Positions 1 through 13,066 of a stretch of 64,000 nt of DNA are shown here, piece by piece. The DNA comes from Eledone cirrhosa. Lineage: Eukaryota. Within the stretch, counting starts at the first letter, position 1. Every line of letters begins with the position of its first letter. Both the position numbers and the translations under genes were made by a program. The stretch spans positions 330,894,001 through 330,958,000 of the forward strand of contig OZ024743.1 in NCBI GenBank assembly GCA_964016885.1, in the 5' to 3' direction. Below the pieces are notes generated by a model that saw only the letters and a list, made by a program, of their open reading frames with translations, searched no databases and was not told the DNA's origin.

Positions 1-200
1 CCATCACCACCATCACCACCACCTCCAACACCATCAACACCACCACGAACACAATCACCACCACCACCATCACCACCACCTCCAACACCATCAACACCAC
101 CACGACCACCAACACTACTACCACCACCATCACCACCACCACCACCACCACCACCATCATCATCACCACCACCATCACCACCACCACCACCATCACCACT
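1..200. repeat. Degenerate (CAC/CAT)n trinucleotide microsatellite
   Basis: Direct reading of the sequence. Confidence 0.95.
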
Positions 201-371
201 GCCATTGATAATGTCACAGGAAAGCAAATGCTAAAGAGCTGTTTCTTGTGAGTACGAAAGGATCGGTGTCAAAATGAGATTTACCACCAGAAACAGTTTA
301 ACATTGCTTCCCTCACAAAAGACAGCCAAGGAATGGAAACCCTTTAAATATATACTGAAGTAACAAGAACA

Positions 372-895
<524 letters not shown>

Positions 896-1152
896 CATCA
901 TATTCTATATAAGAGTGATACATGTTTAGTAAGGACGCCCTGCTGTATACAGGAAGTTTGCGATTTTATTAAAATAACTCCTATGGCCTCCCTTGAGTAT
1001 TCCATAAATATTTATCAATTAAGCAGTTGTAAACCTTGAAAAAAGCTATCAAATCACCATTTTTGATGATTGTTGTTGTAGGTTCAATACCAACTGACTG
1101 CAAGCAGCACATACTATTTCATATGGTAGCATAGTCTTCACAGCTTTCAGCC

Positions 1153-1657
1153 CCACCATCATTACCACAACCACCACCACCACCATCAACATCACCACCA
1201 CCACCACCACCATCACCACCACCACCAACACCAACACCACCACCAATACCACCACCAACACCACCACCAACATCATAACCAACAACACCACCAATACCAC
1301 CATCACCACCACCACCAACATCAACATCAACACCACCACCACCACCATCACCACCACCACCAACACCAACACCACCACCAACTACCACCACCAACACCAC
1401 CACCACCACCAACACCACCAATACCACCACCAATACCACCAACACCACTACCACCACCAATACCACCACCACCAATACCACCACCAATACCACCAATACC
1501 ACCACCACCAATACCACCACCACCACCAATACCACCACCACCACCACCACCACTACCACCACCACCACCACCACCACCACCACCAATACCACCACCACCA
1601 CTACCACCACCAATGCCACCACCACCACCACCACCACCACCACCACCACCACCACAA
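1153..1657. repeat. Degenerate (ACC)n microsatellite
   Basis: Direct reading. Confidence 0.95.
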
Positions 1658-1754
1658 CGTCCATGTGTTCTAATCTCAGAGATACGTAGGTGACACCCTT
1701 AACACTTGTCTCAGCAGGTTTCTTCCCGAGAAGAGGAAACAAGGAGACTTAGAA

Positions 1755-2145
<391 letters not shown>

Positions 2146-2496
2146 TGAGAGTAAGGAAGAAATGTAGAGACAGAATGGACGCTAGCATTGGATTGCTATT
2201 TTATTTATCGACCTTCGTCTAATGCTACATCTCCCCCAGATGGACAATTGAATTTTTCAGTGTTTCAGGTTCTGTTAAAGAATCGCTTTTTCTGGCCACC
2301 TTACCCTCTTGCTCCACATGTAAACCCACCATACAGGATTACTTTGGTCAGTTTCAATGGCCCAACGTAAAATGGAGCGAATCATGCTCGCTATAAAAAG
2401 GAAATGTTTACAGCACACAGATTTCCCAACCAGTCAACTATCAAAGCACTAAGTAGTCTCGAGATTGTGTAACTTCGGTGATAGGACGAGAACCGG

Positions 2497-3347
2497 TGTT
2501 TTCAGTGTGATATGGTCGTAATCCACATGTAACGTCACCTGTATTTTCAGTGTGATATGGTCGTAATCCACATGTAACGTCACCTGTGTTTTCAGCGTAA
2601 TGTGGTCGTAATCCACATGTAACGTCACCTGTGTTTTCAGCGTAATGTGGTCGTAATCCACATGTAACGTCACCTGTGTTTTCAGCGTAATGTGGTCGTA
2701 ATCCACATGTAACCTCACCTGTGTTTTCAGCGTAATGTGGTCGTAATCCACATGTAACCTCACCTGTGTTTTCAGCGTAATGTGGTCGTAATCCACATGT
2801 AACCTCACCTGTATTTTCAGTGTGATATGGTCGTAATCCACATGTAACGTCACCTGTATTTTCAGTGTGATATGGTCGTAATCCACATGTAACGTCACCT
2901 GTGTTTTCAGCGTAATGTGGTCGTAATCCACATGTAACGTCACCTGTGTTTTCAGCGTAATGTGGTCGTAATCCACATGTAACCTCACCTGTGTTTTCAG
3001 CGTAATGTGGTCGTAATCCACATGTAACCTCACCTGTGTTTTCAGCGTAATGTGGTCGTAATCCACATGTAACCTCACCTGTATTTTCAGTGTGATATGG
3101 TCGTAATCCACATGTAACGTCACCTGTATTTTCAGTGTGATATGGTCGTAATCCACATGTAACGTCACCTGTATTTTCAGTGTGATATGGTCGTAATCCA
3201 CATGTAACCTCACCTGTGTTTTTAGCGTGATATGGTCCGAATCCACATGTAACCTCACCTGTTTTTTCAGTGTGATATGGTCCTAATCCACATGTAACCT
3301 CACCTGTGTTTTTAGCGTGATATGGTCCTAATCCACATTTAACCTCA
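2497..3347. repeat. 45-bp minisatellite, ~19 units
   Basis: Unit CACCTGTGTTTTCAGCGTAATGTGGTCGTAATCCACATGTAACCT; period 45 (ATCCA at 2521 and 2566); two variant types in blocks. Confidence 0.97.
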
Positions 3348-3476
3348 CCACACAGGATTACTTTGGTCAGTCTGAGTGGCCCAACGTAAAATGGAGCGAA
3401 TCATGCTCGGTATCACCTTACGTGACAGGAAGGGCAGTACCTGGATTATGATGACGTGAGTTAAGGACATGATCGA

Positions 3477-6005
3477 GACCATCAAGAAGGGTAAACATAG
3501 TCTTAAAGACAATAGATGGATTATTGGAGTGACAGAGGAGACCACCAAGAAGGACGAACATAGGCTGGTCACATCTCTTGTCTCGGGATAACAGGTGGAC
3601 TATTGGAGTGACAGAGGAGACCATCAAGAAGGACAAACATAGGCTGGTCACATCTCTTGTCTCGGGACAACAGGTGGACTATTGGAGTGACAGAGGAGAC
3701 CACCAAGAAGGACAAACATAGGCTGGTCACATCTCTCGTCTCAGGGACAATAGGTGGACTATTGGAGTGACAGAGGAGACCATCAAGAAGGACAAACATA
3801 GGCTGGTCACATCTCTCGTCTCGGGACAACAGGTGGACTATTGGAGTGACAGAGGAGACCATCAAGAAGGACAAACATAGGCTGGTCACATCTCTCGTCT
3901 CAGGGACAACAGGTGGACTATTGGAGTGACAGAGAAGACCATCAAGAAGGACAAACATAGGCTGGTCACATCTCTTGTCTCGGGACAACAGGTGGACTAT
4001 TGGAGTGACAGAGGAGACCATCAAGAAGGACAAACATAGGCTGGTCACATCTCTTGTCTCGGGACAACAGGTGGACTATTGGAGTGACAGAGGAGACCAT
4101 CAAGAAGGACAAACATAGGCTGGTCACATCTCTTGTCTCGGGACAACAGGTGGACTATTGGAGTGACAGAGGAGACCACCAAGAAGGACAAACATAGGCT
4201 GGTCACATCTCTCGTCTCAGGGACAATAGGTGGACTATTGGAGTGACAGAGGAGACCATCAAGAAGGACAAACATAGGCTGGTCACATCTCTCGTCTCGG
4301 GACAACAGGTGGACTATTGGAGTGACAGAGGAGACCATCAAGAAGGACAAACATAGGCTGGTCACATCTCTCGTCTCAGGGACAACAGGTGGACTATTGG
4401 AGTGACAGAGAAGACCATCAAGAAGGACAAACATAGGCTGGTCACATCTCTTGTCTCAGGGACAACAGGTGGACTATTGGAGTGACAGAGGAGACCATCA
4501 AGAAGGACAAACATAGGCTGGTCACATCTCTCGTCTCGGGACAACAGGTGGACTATTGGAGTGACAGAGGAGACCATCAAGAAGGACAAACATAGGCTGG
4601 TCACATCTCTTGTCTCAGGGACAACAGGTTGACTATTGGAGTGACAGAGGAGACCATCAAGAAGGACAAACATAGGCTGGTCACATCTCTCGTCTCGGGA
4701 CAACAGGTGGACTATTGGAGTGACAGAGGAGACCATCAAGAAGGACAAACATAGGCTGGTCACATCTCTTGTCTCAGGGACAACAGGTGGACTATTGGAG
4801 TGACAGAGGAGACCATCAAGAAGGACAAACATAGGCTGGTCACATCTCTCGTCTCGGGACAACAGGTGGACTATTGGAGTGACAGAGGAGACCATCAAGA
4901 AGGACAAACATAGGCTGGTCACATCTCTTGTCTCAGGGACAACAGGTGGACTATTGGAGTGACAGAGGAGACCATCAAGAAGGACAAACATAGGCTGGTC
5001 ACATCTCTTGTCTCAGGGACAACAGGTGGACTATTGGAGTGACAGAGGAGACCATCAAGAAGGACAAACATAGGCTGGTCACATCTCTTGTCTCAGGGAC
5101 AACAGGTGGACTATTGGAGTGACAGAGGAGACCATCAAGAAGGACAAACATAGGCTGGTCACATCTCTCGTCTCGGGACAACAGGTGGACTATTGGAGTG
5201 ACAGAGGAGACCATCAAGAAGGACAAACATAGGCTGGTCACATCTCTTGTCTCAGGGACAACAGGTGGACTATTGGAGTGACAGAGGAGACCATCAAGAA
5301 GGACAAACATAGGCTGGTCACATCTCTTGTCTCAGGGACAACAGGTGGACTATTGGAGTGACAGAGGAGACCATCAAGAAGGACAAACATAGGCTGGTCA
5401 CATCTCTCGTCTCGGGACAACAGGTGGACTATTGGAGTGACAGAGGAGACCATCAAGAAGGACAAACATAGGCTGGTCACATCTCTTGTCTCAGGGACAA
5501 CAGGTGGACTATTGGAGTGACAGAGGAGACCATCAAGAAGGACAAACATAGGCTGGTCACATCTCTCGTCTCGGGACAACAGGTGGACTATTGGAGTGAC
5601 AGAGGAGACCATCAAGAAGGACAAACATAGGCTGGTCACATCTCTCGTCTCGGGACAACAGGTGGACTATTGGAGTGACAGAGGAGACCATCAAGAAGGA
5701 CAAACATAGGCTGGTCACATCTCTCGTCTCGGGACAACAGGTGGACTATTGGAGTGACAGAGGAGACCATCAAGAAGGACAAACATAGGCTGGTCACATC
5801 TCTCGTCTCGGGACAACAGGTGGACTATTGGAGTGACAGAGGAGACCATCAAGAAGGACAAGCATAGGCTGGTCACATCTCTTGTCTCGGGACAACAGGT
5901 GGACTATTGGAGTGACAGAGGAGACCATCAACAAAGGTAAACAGATGGGCTGGCCACATCTCATCTCAGAGACAACAGATGGATTATTGGAGTGACAGAG
6001 GAGAC
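3477..6005. repeat. 79/80-bp minisatellite, ~32 units
   Basis: Unit GACCATCAAGAAGGACAAACATAGGCTGGTCACATCTCTYGTCTC(A)GGGACAACAGGTGGACTATTGGAGTGACAGAGGA; 79- and 80-bp variants often alternate. Confidence 0.97.
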
Positions 6006-6177
6006 ACCAAGGCAGTGGACACTAGAGGGTGGCCAAAGGGAAGATGGCTCGACGATCTGACCCGATATGGCCAGAGATAGGAAACAGTAGAGGTCAACTA
6101 GGTAGAGATTCCTCCAACAGAAGTGAGAAGGCCATGCTTTTGGGATTTGGCATTTGGGATCTTCGAACCTCAATACT

Positions 6178-6280
6178 GAACTGGTACTTTATTTATCGAC
6201 CTCTTAGAGATGAAAGGTAAAGTTGACGTCGGCGGGATTTGAACTCAGAACAGAATGAGCTGGAACAAATACCGTAGCAT
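6178..6280 (-). mobile_element. tRNA-derived SINE fragment (family A)
   Basis: ACTGGTACTTTATTTATCGACC...GATGAAAGGTAAAGTTGACGTCGGCGGGATTTGAACTCAG matches the many other copies in the window. Confidence 0.85.
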
Positions 6281-6985
6281 ACTCTCTGGTCCCAAATATT
6301 AGTGAGGTTGAAATAGAGAGGGGGTATTAAGCGGGTGGTGAGGGAAGAATCAATAATTTTTCTAGGTTGTCTCCGTTGATTTTTTTTTAAACCAGTCGTT
6401 TAGTTTACATATTGAGACTCCAGCCAATGCTATTTATTTTATAAAGTATGGGATTTCTTATAATATACTTTTTGTCATGTATAATGCTTTTTAACATATA
6501 AAGAAAATTAATAGTCGCGGAATGTTACTAATTAAAATAAAATTTCGCCGGAGATAGATTAGCAAAATTTAATAATCAGGGGGTTGTGGGGGGGAGGGTG
6601 AATATGTTTGTTTGGGGGTACGATTATTTGAGAGCCGAGAGTAGATTAATGAACCACCATAACAACTCCACCAATTGGTCGCCTTGTTTATCTGACATTT
6701 CTGAAATCAGTGAAAATTCTAGAAAATTTGCTGAGTTGGGAATATTCTGTCTAGATGATATTTCCACGTTACTGATTTTTGTCATCGATCCTGTTTCAAT
6801 TGGACATTAATAATTCGCTGACCTTCTTCGCTCAGATCTTATATTCGGCTTTCGGCATATGACGTCATCTCTATTACAGAATGGGCAGTATGTTGGTGTG
6901 TGTATGAATGTATATGTATGTATTTATGTGTGTATAAAGTTACAAATAAACACATATTTTCATATATATGCACACACACACACAC

Positions 6986-6986
<1 letters not shown>

Positions 6987-7050
<64 letters not shown>
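6987..7050. repeat. (TA)n microsatellite
   Basis: Direct reading. Confidence 0.95.
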
Positions 7051-7056
<6 letters not shown>

Positions 7057-7081
7057 GATATAGATATAGCTATAGATATAT

Positions 7082-7300
7082 ATCATACTTGATATCAAAA
7101 TAGCTTCTACAGGACTAGAACTGTTTCAGTCGTACGAAATCATCAGGGCATTCCTGATAATTTCATACAAATAAAACAGTTCTAGTCCTGTAGAAGTCAT
7201 TTCTATATTAAATATGATGTTTACACTCTACTAATGTACTGAGAACCTTCTTAACTGTGGCTACCGCCAATTTAACACCGGATCTACATATACCCATTTT
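7082..7300. mobile_element. Fold-back Penelope-like pseudo-LTR remnant with degenerate hammerhead core
   Basis: Inverted arms CTTCTACAGGACTAGAACTGTTT / AAACAGTTCTAGTCCTGTAGAAG. The minus strand reads CTGATGA-tttcgtacgact-GAAAC. Same family as 20880-21090. Confidence 0.6.
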
Positions 7301-7399
7301 CACAAGAGAAGACATCTCTCACCCAGATCAAAGTCCCATTTTGGGACACCTTTTTTCATAGTACTCCCGCTTGGGTTTTTAGAGTTTCGCAGGTCTGAA

Positions 7400-10300
7400 T
7401 ATGTGTTGTATCGAATTTAACCAATAATAACATTGACTTAAGTACGAGAATGTCTTCAACTATTCAGGTTGACTTGTAGTAATATGTGTTGTATCGCATG
7501 CATCAGAACAGTAACAGCATTGACTTAAGTACCAGGATTTCCTCAACCATCCAACCATCGTCAGATTAACTTGTAGTAATATGTGTTGTATCGCATGCAT
7601 CAGAACAGTAACAGCATTGACATAAGTACCAGGATTTCCTCAACCATCCAACCATCGTCAGATTAACTTGTAGTAATATGTGTTGTATCGCATGCATCAG
7701 AACAGTAACAACATTGACTTAAGTACCAGGATTTCCTCAACCATCCAACCATCGTCAGATTAACTTGTAGTAATATGTGTTGTATCGCATCCATCAGAAC
7801 AGTAACAACATTGACTTAAGTACCAGGATTTCCTCAACCATCCAACCATCGTCAGTTAACTTGTAGTAATATGTGTTGTATTGCATGCATCAGAACAGTA
7901 ACAGCATTGACTTAAGTACCAGGATTTCCTCAACCATCCAACCATCGTCAGGTTGACTTGTAGTAATATGTGTTGTATCGCATGCATCAGAACAGTAACA
8001 ACATTGACTTAAGTACCAGGATTTCCTCAACCATCCAACCATCGTCAGGTTGACTTGTAGTAATATGTGTTGTATCGCATGCATCAGAACAGTAACAACA
8101 TTGACTTAAGTACCAGGATTTCCTCAACCATCCAACCATCGTCAGGTTGACTTGTAGTAATATGTGTTGTATCGCATGCATCAGAACAGTAACAACATTG
8201 ACCTAAGTACCAGGATTTCCTCAACTATCCAACCATCGTCCGGTTGACTTGTAGTAATATGTGTTGTATCGCATGCATCAGAACAGTAACAACATTGACC
8301 TAAGTACCAGGATTTCCTCAACTATCCAACCATCGTCAGATTAACTTGTAGTAATATGTGTTGTATCGCATGCATCAGAACAGTAACAACATTGACTTAA
8401 GTACCAGGATTTCCTCAACTATCCAACCATCGTCAGATTAACTTGTAGTAATATGTGTTGTATCGCATGCATCAGAACAGTAACAGCATTGACTTAAGTA
8501 CCAGGATTTCCTCAACTATCCAACCATCGTCAGATTAACTTGTAGTAATATGTGTTGTATCGCATGCATCAGAACAGTAACAGCATTGACTTAAGTACCA
8601 GGATTTCCTCAACCATCCAACCATCGTCAGGTTGACTTGTAGTAATATGTGTTGTATCGCATGCATCAGAACAGTAACAACATTGACTTAAGTACCAGGA
8701 TTTCCTCAACCATCCAACCATCGTCAGGTTGACTTGTAGTAATATGTGTTGTATCGCATGCATCAGAACAGTAACAACATTGACTTAAGTACCAGGATTT
8801 CCTCAACCATCCAACCATCGTCCGGTTGACTTGTAGTAATATGTGTTGTATCGCATGCATCAGAACAGTAACAACATTGACCTAAGTACCAGGATTTCCT
8901 CAACTATCCAACCATCGTCAGATTAACTTGTAGTAATATGTGTTGTATCGCATGCATCAGAACAGTAACAACATTGACTTAAGTACCAGGATTTCCTCAA
9001 CTATCCAACCATCGTCAGATTAACTTGTAGTAATATGTGTTGTATCGCATGCATCAGAACAGTAACAACATTGACTTAAGTACCAGGATTTCCTCAACCA
9101 TCCAACCATCGTCAGATTAACTTGTAGTAATATGTGTTGTATCGCATGCATCAGAACAGTAACAACATTGACTTAAGTACCAGGATTTCCTCAACTATCC
9201 AACCATCGTCAGATTAACTTGTAGTAATATGTGTTGTATCGCATGCATCAGAACAGTAACAACATTGACTTAAGTACCAGGATTTCCTCAACTATCCAGC
9301 CATCGTCAGTTAACTTGTAGTAATATGTGTTGTATCGCATGCATCAGAACAGTAACAACATTGACTTAAGTACCAGGAATTCCTCAACCATCCAACCATC
9401 GTCAGATTGACTTGTAGTAATATGTGTTGTATCGCATGCATCAGAACAGTAACAGCATTGACTTAAGTACCAGGATTTCCTCAACCATCCAACCATCGTC
9501 AGATTGACTTGTAGTAATATGTGTTGTATCGCATGCATCAGAACAGTAACAGCATTGACTTAAGTACCAGGATTTCCTCAACCATCCAACCATCGTCAGA
9601 TTAACTTGTAGTAATATGTGTTGTATCGCATGCATCAGAACAGTAACAGCATTGACTTAAGTACCAGGATTTCCTCAACCATCCAACCATCGTCAGATTG
9701 ACTTGTAGTAATATGTGTTGTATCGCATGCATCAAAACAGTAACAACATTGACTTAAGTACCAGGATTTCCTCAACCATCGTCAGATTGACTTGTAGTAA
9801 TATGTGTTGTATCGCATGCATCAGAACAGTAACAACATTGACTTAAGTACCAGGATTTCCTCAACTATCCAACCATCGTCAGATTAACTTGTAGTAATAT
9901 GTGTTGTATCGCATGCATCAGAACAGTAACAACATTGACTTAAGTACCAGGATTTCCTCAACTATCCAACCATCGTCAGATTAACTTGTAGTAATATGTG
10001 TTGTATCGCATGCATCAGAACAGTAACAACATTGACTCAAGTACCAGGATTTCCTCAACTATCCAACCATCGTCAGATTAACTTGTAGTAATATGTGTTG
10101 TATCGCATGCATCAGAACAGTAACAACATTGACTTAAGTACCAGGATTTCCTCAACTATCCAACCATCGTCAGATTAACTTGTAGTAATATGTGTTGTAT
10201 CGCATGCATCAGAACAGTAACAACATTGACTTAAGTACCAGGATTTCCTCAACTATCCAGCCATCGTCAGTTAACTTGTAGTAATATGTGTTGTATCGCA

Positions 10301-11317
10301 TGCATCAGAACAGTAACAACGTTGACTTAAGTACCAGGATTTCCTCAACCATCCAACCATCGTCAGATTGACTTGTAGTAATATGTGTTGTATCGCATGC
10401 ATCAGAACAGTAACAGCATTGACTTAAGTACCAGGATTTCCTCAACCATCCAACCATCGTCAGATTGACTTGTAATAATATGTGTTGTATCGCATGCATC
10501 AGAACAGTAACAGCATTGACTTAAGTACCAGGATTTCCTCAACCATCCAACCATCGTCAGATTAACTTGTAGTAATATGTGTTGTATCGCATGCATCAGA
10601 ACAGTAACAGCATTGACTTAAGTACCAGGATTTCCGCAACCATCCAACCATCGTCAGATTGACTTGTAGTAATATGTGTTGTATCGCATGCATCAAAACA
10701 GTAACAACATTGACTTAAGTACCAGGATTTCCTCAACCATCGTCAGATTGACTTGTAGTAATATGTGTTGTATCGCATGCATCAGAACAGTAACAGCATT
10801 GACTTAAGTACCAGGATTTCCTCAACCATCCAACCATCGTCAGATTGACTTGTAGTAATATGTGTTGTATCGCATGCATCAGAACAGTAACAGCATTGAC
10901 TTAAGTACCAGGATTTCCTCAACCATCCAACCATCGTCAGATTAACTTGTAGTAATATGTGTTGTATCGCATGCATCAGAACAGTAACAGCATTGACTTA
11001 AGTACCAGGATTTCCTCAACCATCCAACCATCATCAGATTGACTTGTAGTAATATGTGTTGTATCGCATGCATCAGAACAGTAACAGCATTGACTTAAGT
11101 ACCAGGATTTCCTCAACCATCCAACCATCGTCAGATTGACTTGTAGTAATATGTGTTGTATCGCATGCATCAGAACAGTAACAGCATTGACTTAAGTACC
11201 AGGATTTCCTCAACTATCCAACCATCGTCAGGTTGACTTGTAGTAATATGTGTTGTATCGCATGCATCAGAACAGTAACAACATTGACTTAAGTACCAGG
11301 ATTTCCTCAACTATCCA
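7400..11317. repeat. 97-bp minisatellite, ~40 units
   Basis: Unit CATCAGAACAGTAACARCATTGACTTAAGTACCAGGATTTCCTCAACYATCCAACCATCGTCAGRTTRACTTGTAGTAATATGTGTTGTATCGCATG; diverged first unit at ~7400-7500. Confidence 0.97.
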
Positions 11318-11394
11318 GACCTCGTCAGACTCTAGCGTGTAGCAAGTTTATCTTTCTGAACCAATAACGAGGAAAAAGTTCCAACAGAAATATC

Positions 11395-11440
11395 TCAGAA
11401 GAAAGCGTCAACAACGGAATGTTTGTGTAATGTGTAAAAT
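11395..11440 (-). CDS. Candidate terminal coding exon of an unidentified minus-strand gene (RFYTLHKHSVVDAFF*)
   Basis: Acceptor tgtttctctttcgctcag; phase 2 matches 12976-13008; no homology recognised. Confidence 0.2.
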
Positions 11441-11747
11441 CTGAGCGAAAGAGAAACAGGCGCAATTTCTGTTTACATAACTGTTACATCAAAGAAAGGA
11501 AACGAAATTAACAACAGAACTCTACCGACATTATTATTTACAATGTTTCCTGGTGGGTGGGCCATGTCTAAATAATTTAACGTACGCATGGTTAGTTAAG
11601 TGTGTTAGTTAACAGGGAATATTTCTACAGTTTGTAATGTTTTTTCTAGAAGACAGAACCATTATCTCTATGTTCTTACCTTCTTCATTATTTAATGGGA
11701 CACACAACAACCATAAACTCCTTCAACTGAGACATATCTCAACACCT

Positions 11748-12950
11748 GTGTAAGTGTGTGTGTTTACAGGAGAGGGTGCGCTCGTGTGTGTATGTGTGTG
11801 AGGGGCGGCCGCGCTCGTGTGTGTATGTGAGCAAGTGTGTGTGTGCATGTGAATATGTATCTGTGTGTATGTAGTATGTGCGTATGTGTGTATATGAGTG
11901 TGTGTGTATGTGAGTATTTGTGTATGTGCGTGTGTGAGTATGTGTGTATATGCGTGTGTATAAGTGAGTATGTGTGTATGAGTATGTGAGTATGTATGTA
12001 CCTGTGAGTACGTATATGTGAGTGTATGTGGGTATGTATATACGTGTGTGTGTATATGTGTGTATGTGCGTGTGTGTATATATGAGTATGAGTATGTATG
12101 AGCGCGTGTATGTATGTATGTGTTAGTATTTGTATGTGAGTATATATGTGCGTGTGTGTATTTGAGTATGTGTGCATGTGCGTCCGTGTGTATGTGTGAG
12201 TGTATGTGTGTGAGCATGTGTATGTCTGTGTGTATGTGAGTATGTATGTGCGTCTGTGTAAGTATGTGTCTATGTCAGTATGTATGGGAGCATGTATGTA
12301 AGTGTGTGTGTGTGTGATTATGTGTGTGCATGTGAGTATGTATGTGCGTGTGTGTATCTGATTGTGTGTGTGAGAGTGTGTGTATGTGAGTATGTGTGTA
12401 TGTGAGTATGTGTGTGTGTGTGTATCTATGTATGTGCGTGTGGGTATATGAGTATGTGTGTGTGTACTTGATTATGTATGTGTGTACGTGTGTGTATGTG
12501 AGTATGCATGTGAATGTGTGAGTAAGTGAGTATATGTTAGTGTGTGCGCGATTATGTGGTCGTGCTTGTGCGTGTACGTGAGTATGTGTATGTGCGTGTG
12601 TATGTGAGTATTATGAGCGTGTGTGTATGTATTTGAGTATTATATGTGTACGTGTGTGTGTGTGTGTATGTGTGTGTATATATGTGTATGTATGTATATG
12701 TATGTGTGTATGTGTGTATGTATATTTGTGTATGTGCATGTGTGTGTGTATGTGTGTGTATGTGTGTTTATATGTGAGTATGTGTATGTATGTGTATGTA
12801 TGTGTATGTGTGTGTATATGTGAGTATGTGTATGTATGTGTATGTATGTGTATGTGTGTGTATATGTGAGTATGTGTATGTATGTGTATGTATGTGTATG
12901 TGTGTGTATATGTGAGTATGTGTATGTATGTCTTTGTATGTGTATGTGTG
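11748..12950. repeat. Degenerate (GT)n/(GTAT)n microsatellite tract
   Basis: Direct reading. Confidence 0.95.
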
Positions 12951-12975
12951 AGGCAAATGAATTCTTCCGACTAAC

Positions 12976-13008
12976 CGATGTACTTCATACAACCAAGTTT
13001 TATAGCGT
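12976..13008 (-). CDS. Candidate 33-nt internal exon (RYKTWLYEVHR)
   Basis: Acceptor tacttctctttcccag, donor gttagt, open frame; unique island between two simple-repeat tracts. Confidence 0.3.
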
Positions 13009-13066
13009 CTGGGAAAGAGAAGTATTGTATTGTAGTAGCAGGGATGTCGTAGGAAAGGTGACTGTG

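Larger units (their letters stand above)
2313..6075 (+). mobile_element. Decayed RTE-clade LINE 3' ORF fragment, interrupted by two internal minisatellite expansions
   Basis: 3379-3500 translates AQRKMERIMLGITLRDRKGSTWI...VKDMIETIKKGKH. 5925-6070 gives TINKGK/RWAGHIS/LRDNRWIIGVTEETPRQWT...GRWLDDLTRY with frameshifts. These are the typical post-RT C-terminal motifs of RTE ORFs. 2313-2390 duplicates 3332-3409. Confidence 0.8.

Noticed and set aside
2449-3258. 269-aa minus-strand ORF of 15-aa repeats (LHVDYDHITLKTQVR)
   Set aside because: Open only because the 45-bp unit is divisible by 3; the unit appears to derive from the opposite strand of a LINE.
7104-7150. Functional hammerhead on the minus strand
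   Set aside because: CUGAUGA and GAAAC boxes are present, but stem I partners do not pair and stem II is weak; recorded only as a degenerate remnant.
6828-7394. Additional minus-strand exons (DLRNSKNPSGSTMKKGVPKWDFDL / EMTSYAESRI*)
   Set aside because: Phase is incompatible with the upstream candidate chain, the segment abuts a PLE remnant, and no homology was recognised.
7890-11170. Repeated 64-aa ORFs (MHAIQHILLQ...)
   Set aside because: Artefact of the 97-bp unit cycling through frames.
11679-11746. Minus-strand exon-like island with a strong gtaaga donor
   Set aside because: Stops in all three frames; no SECIS evidence to justify UGA read-through.
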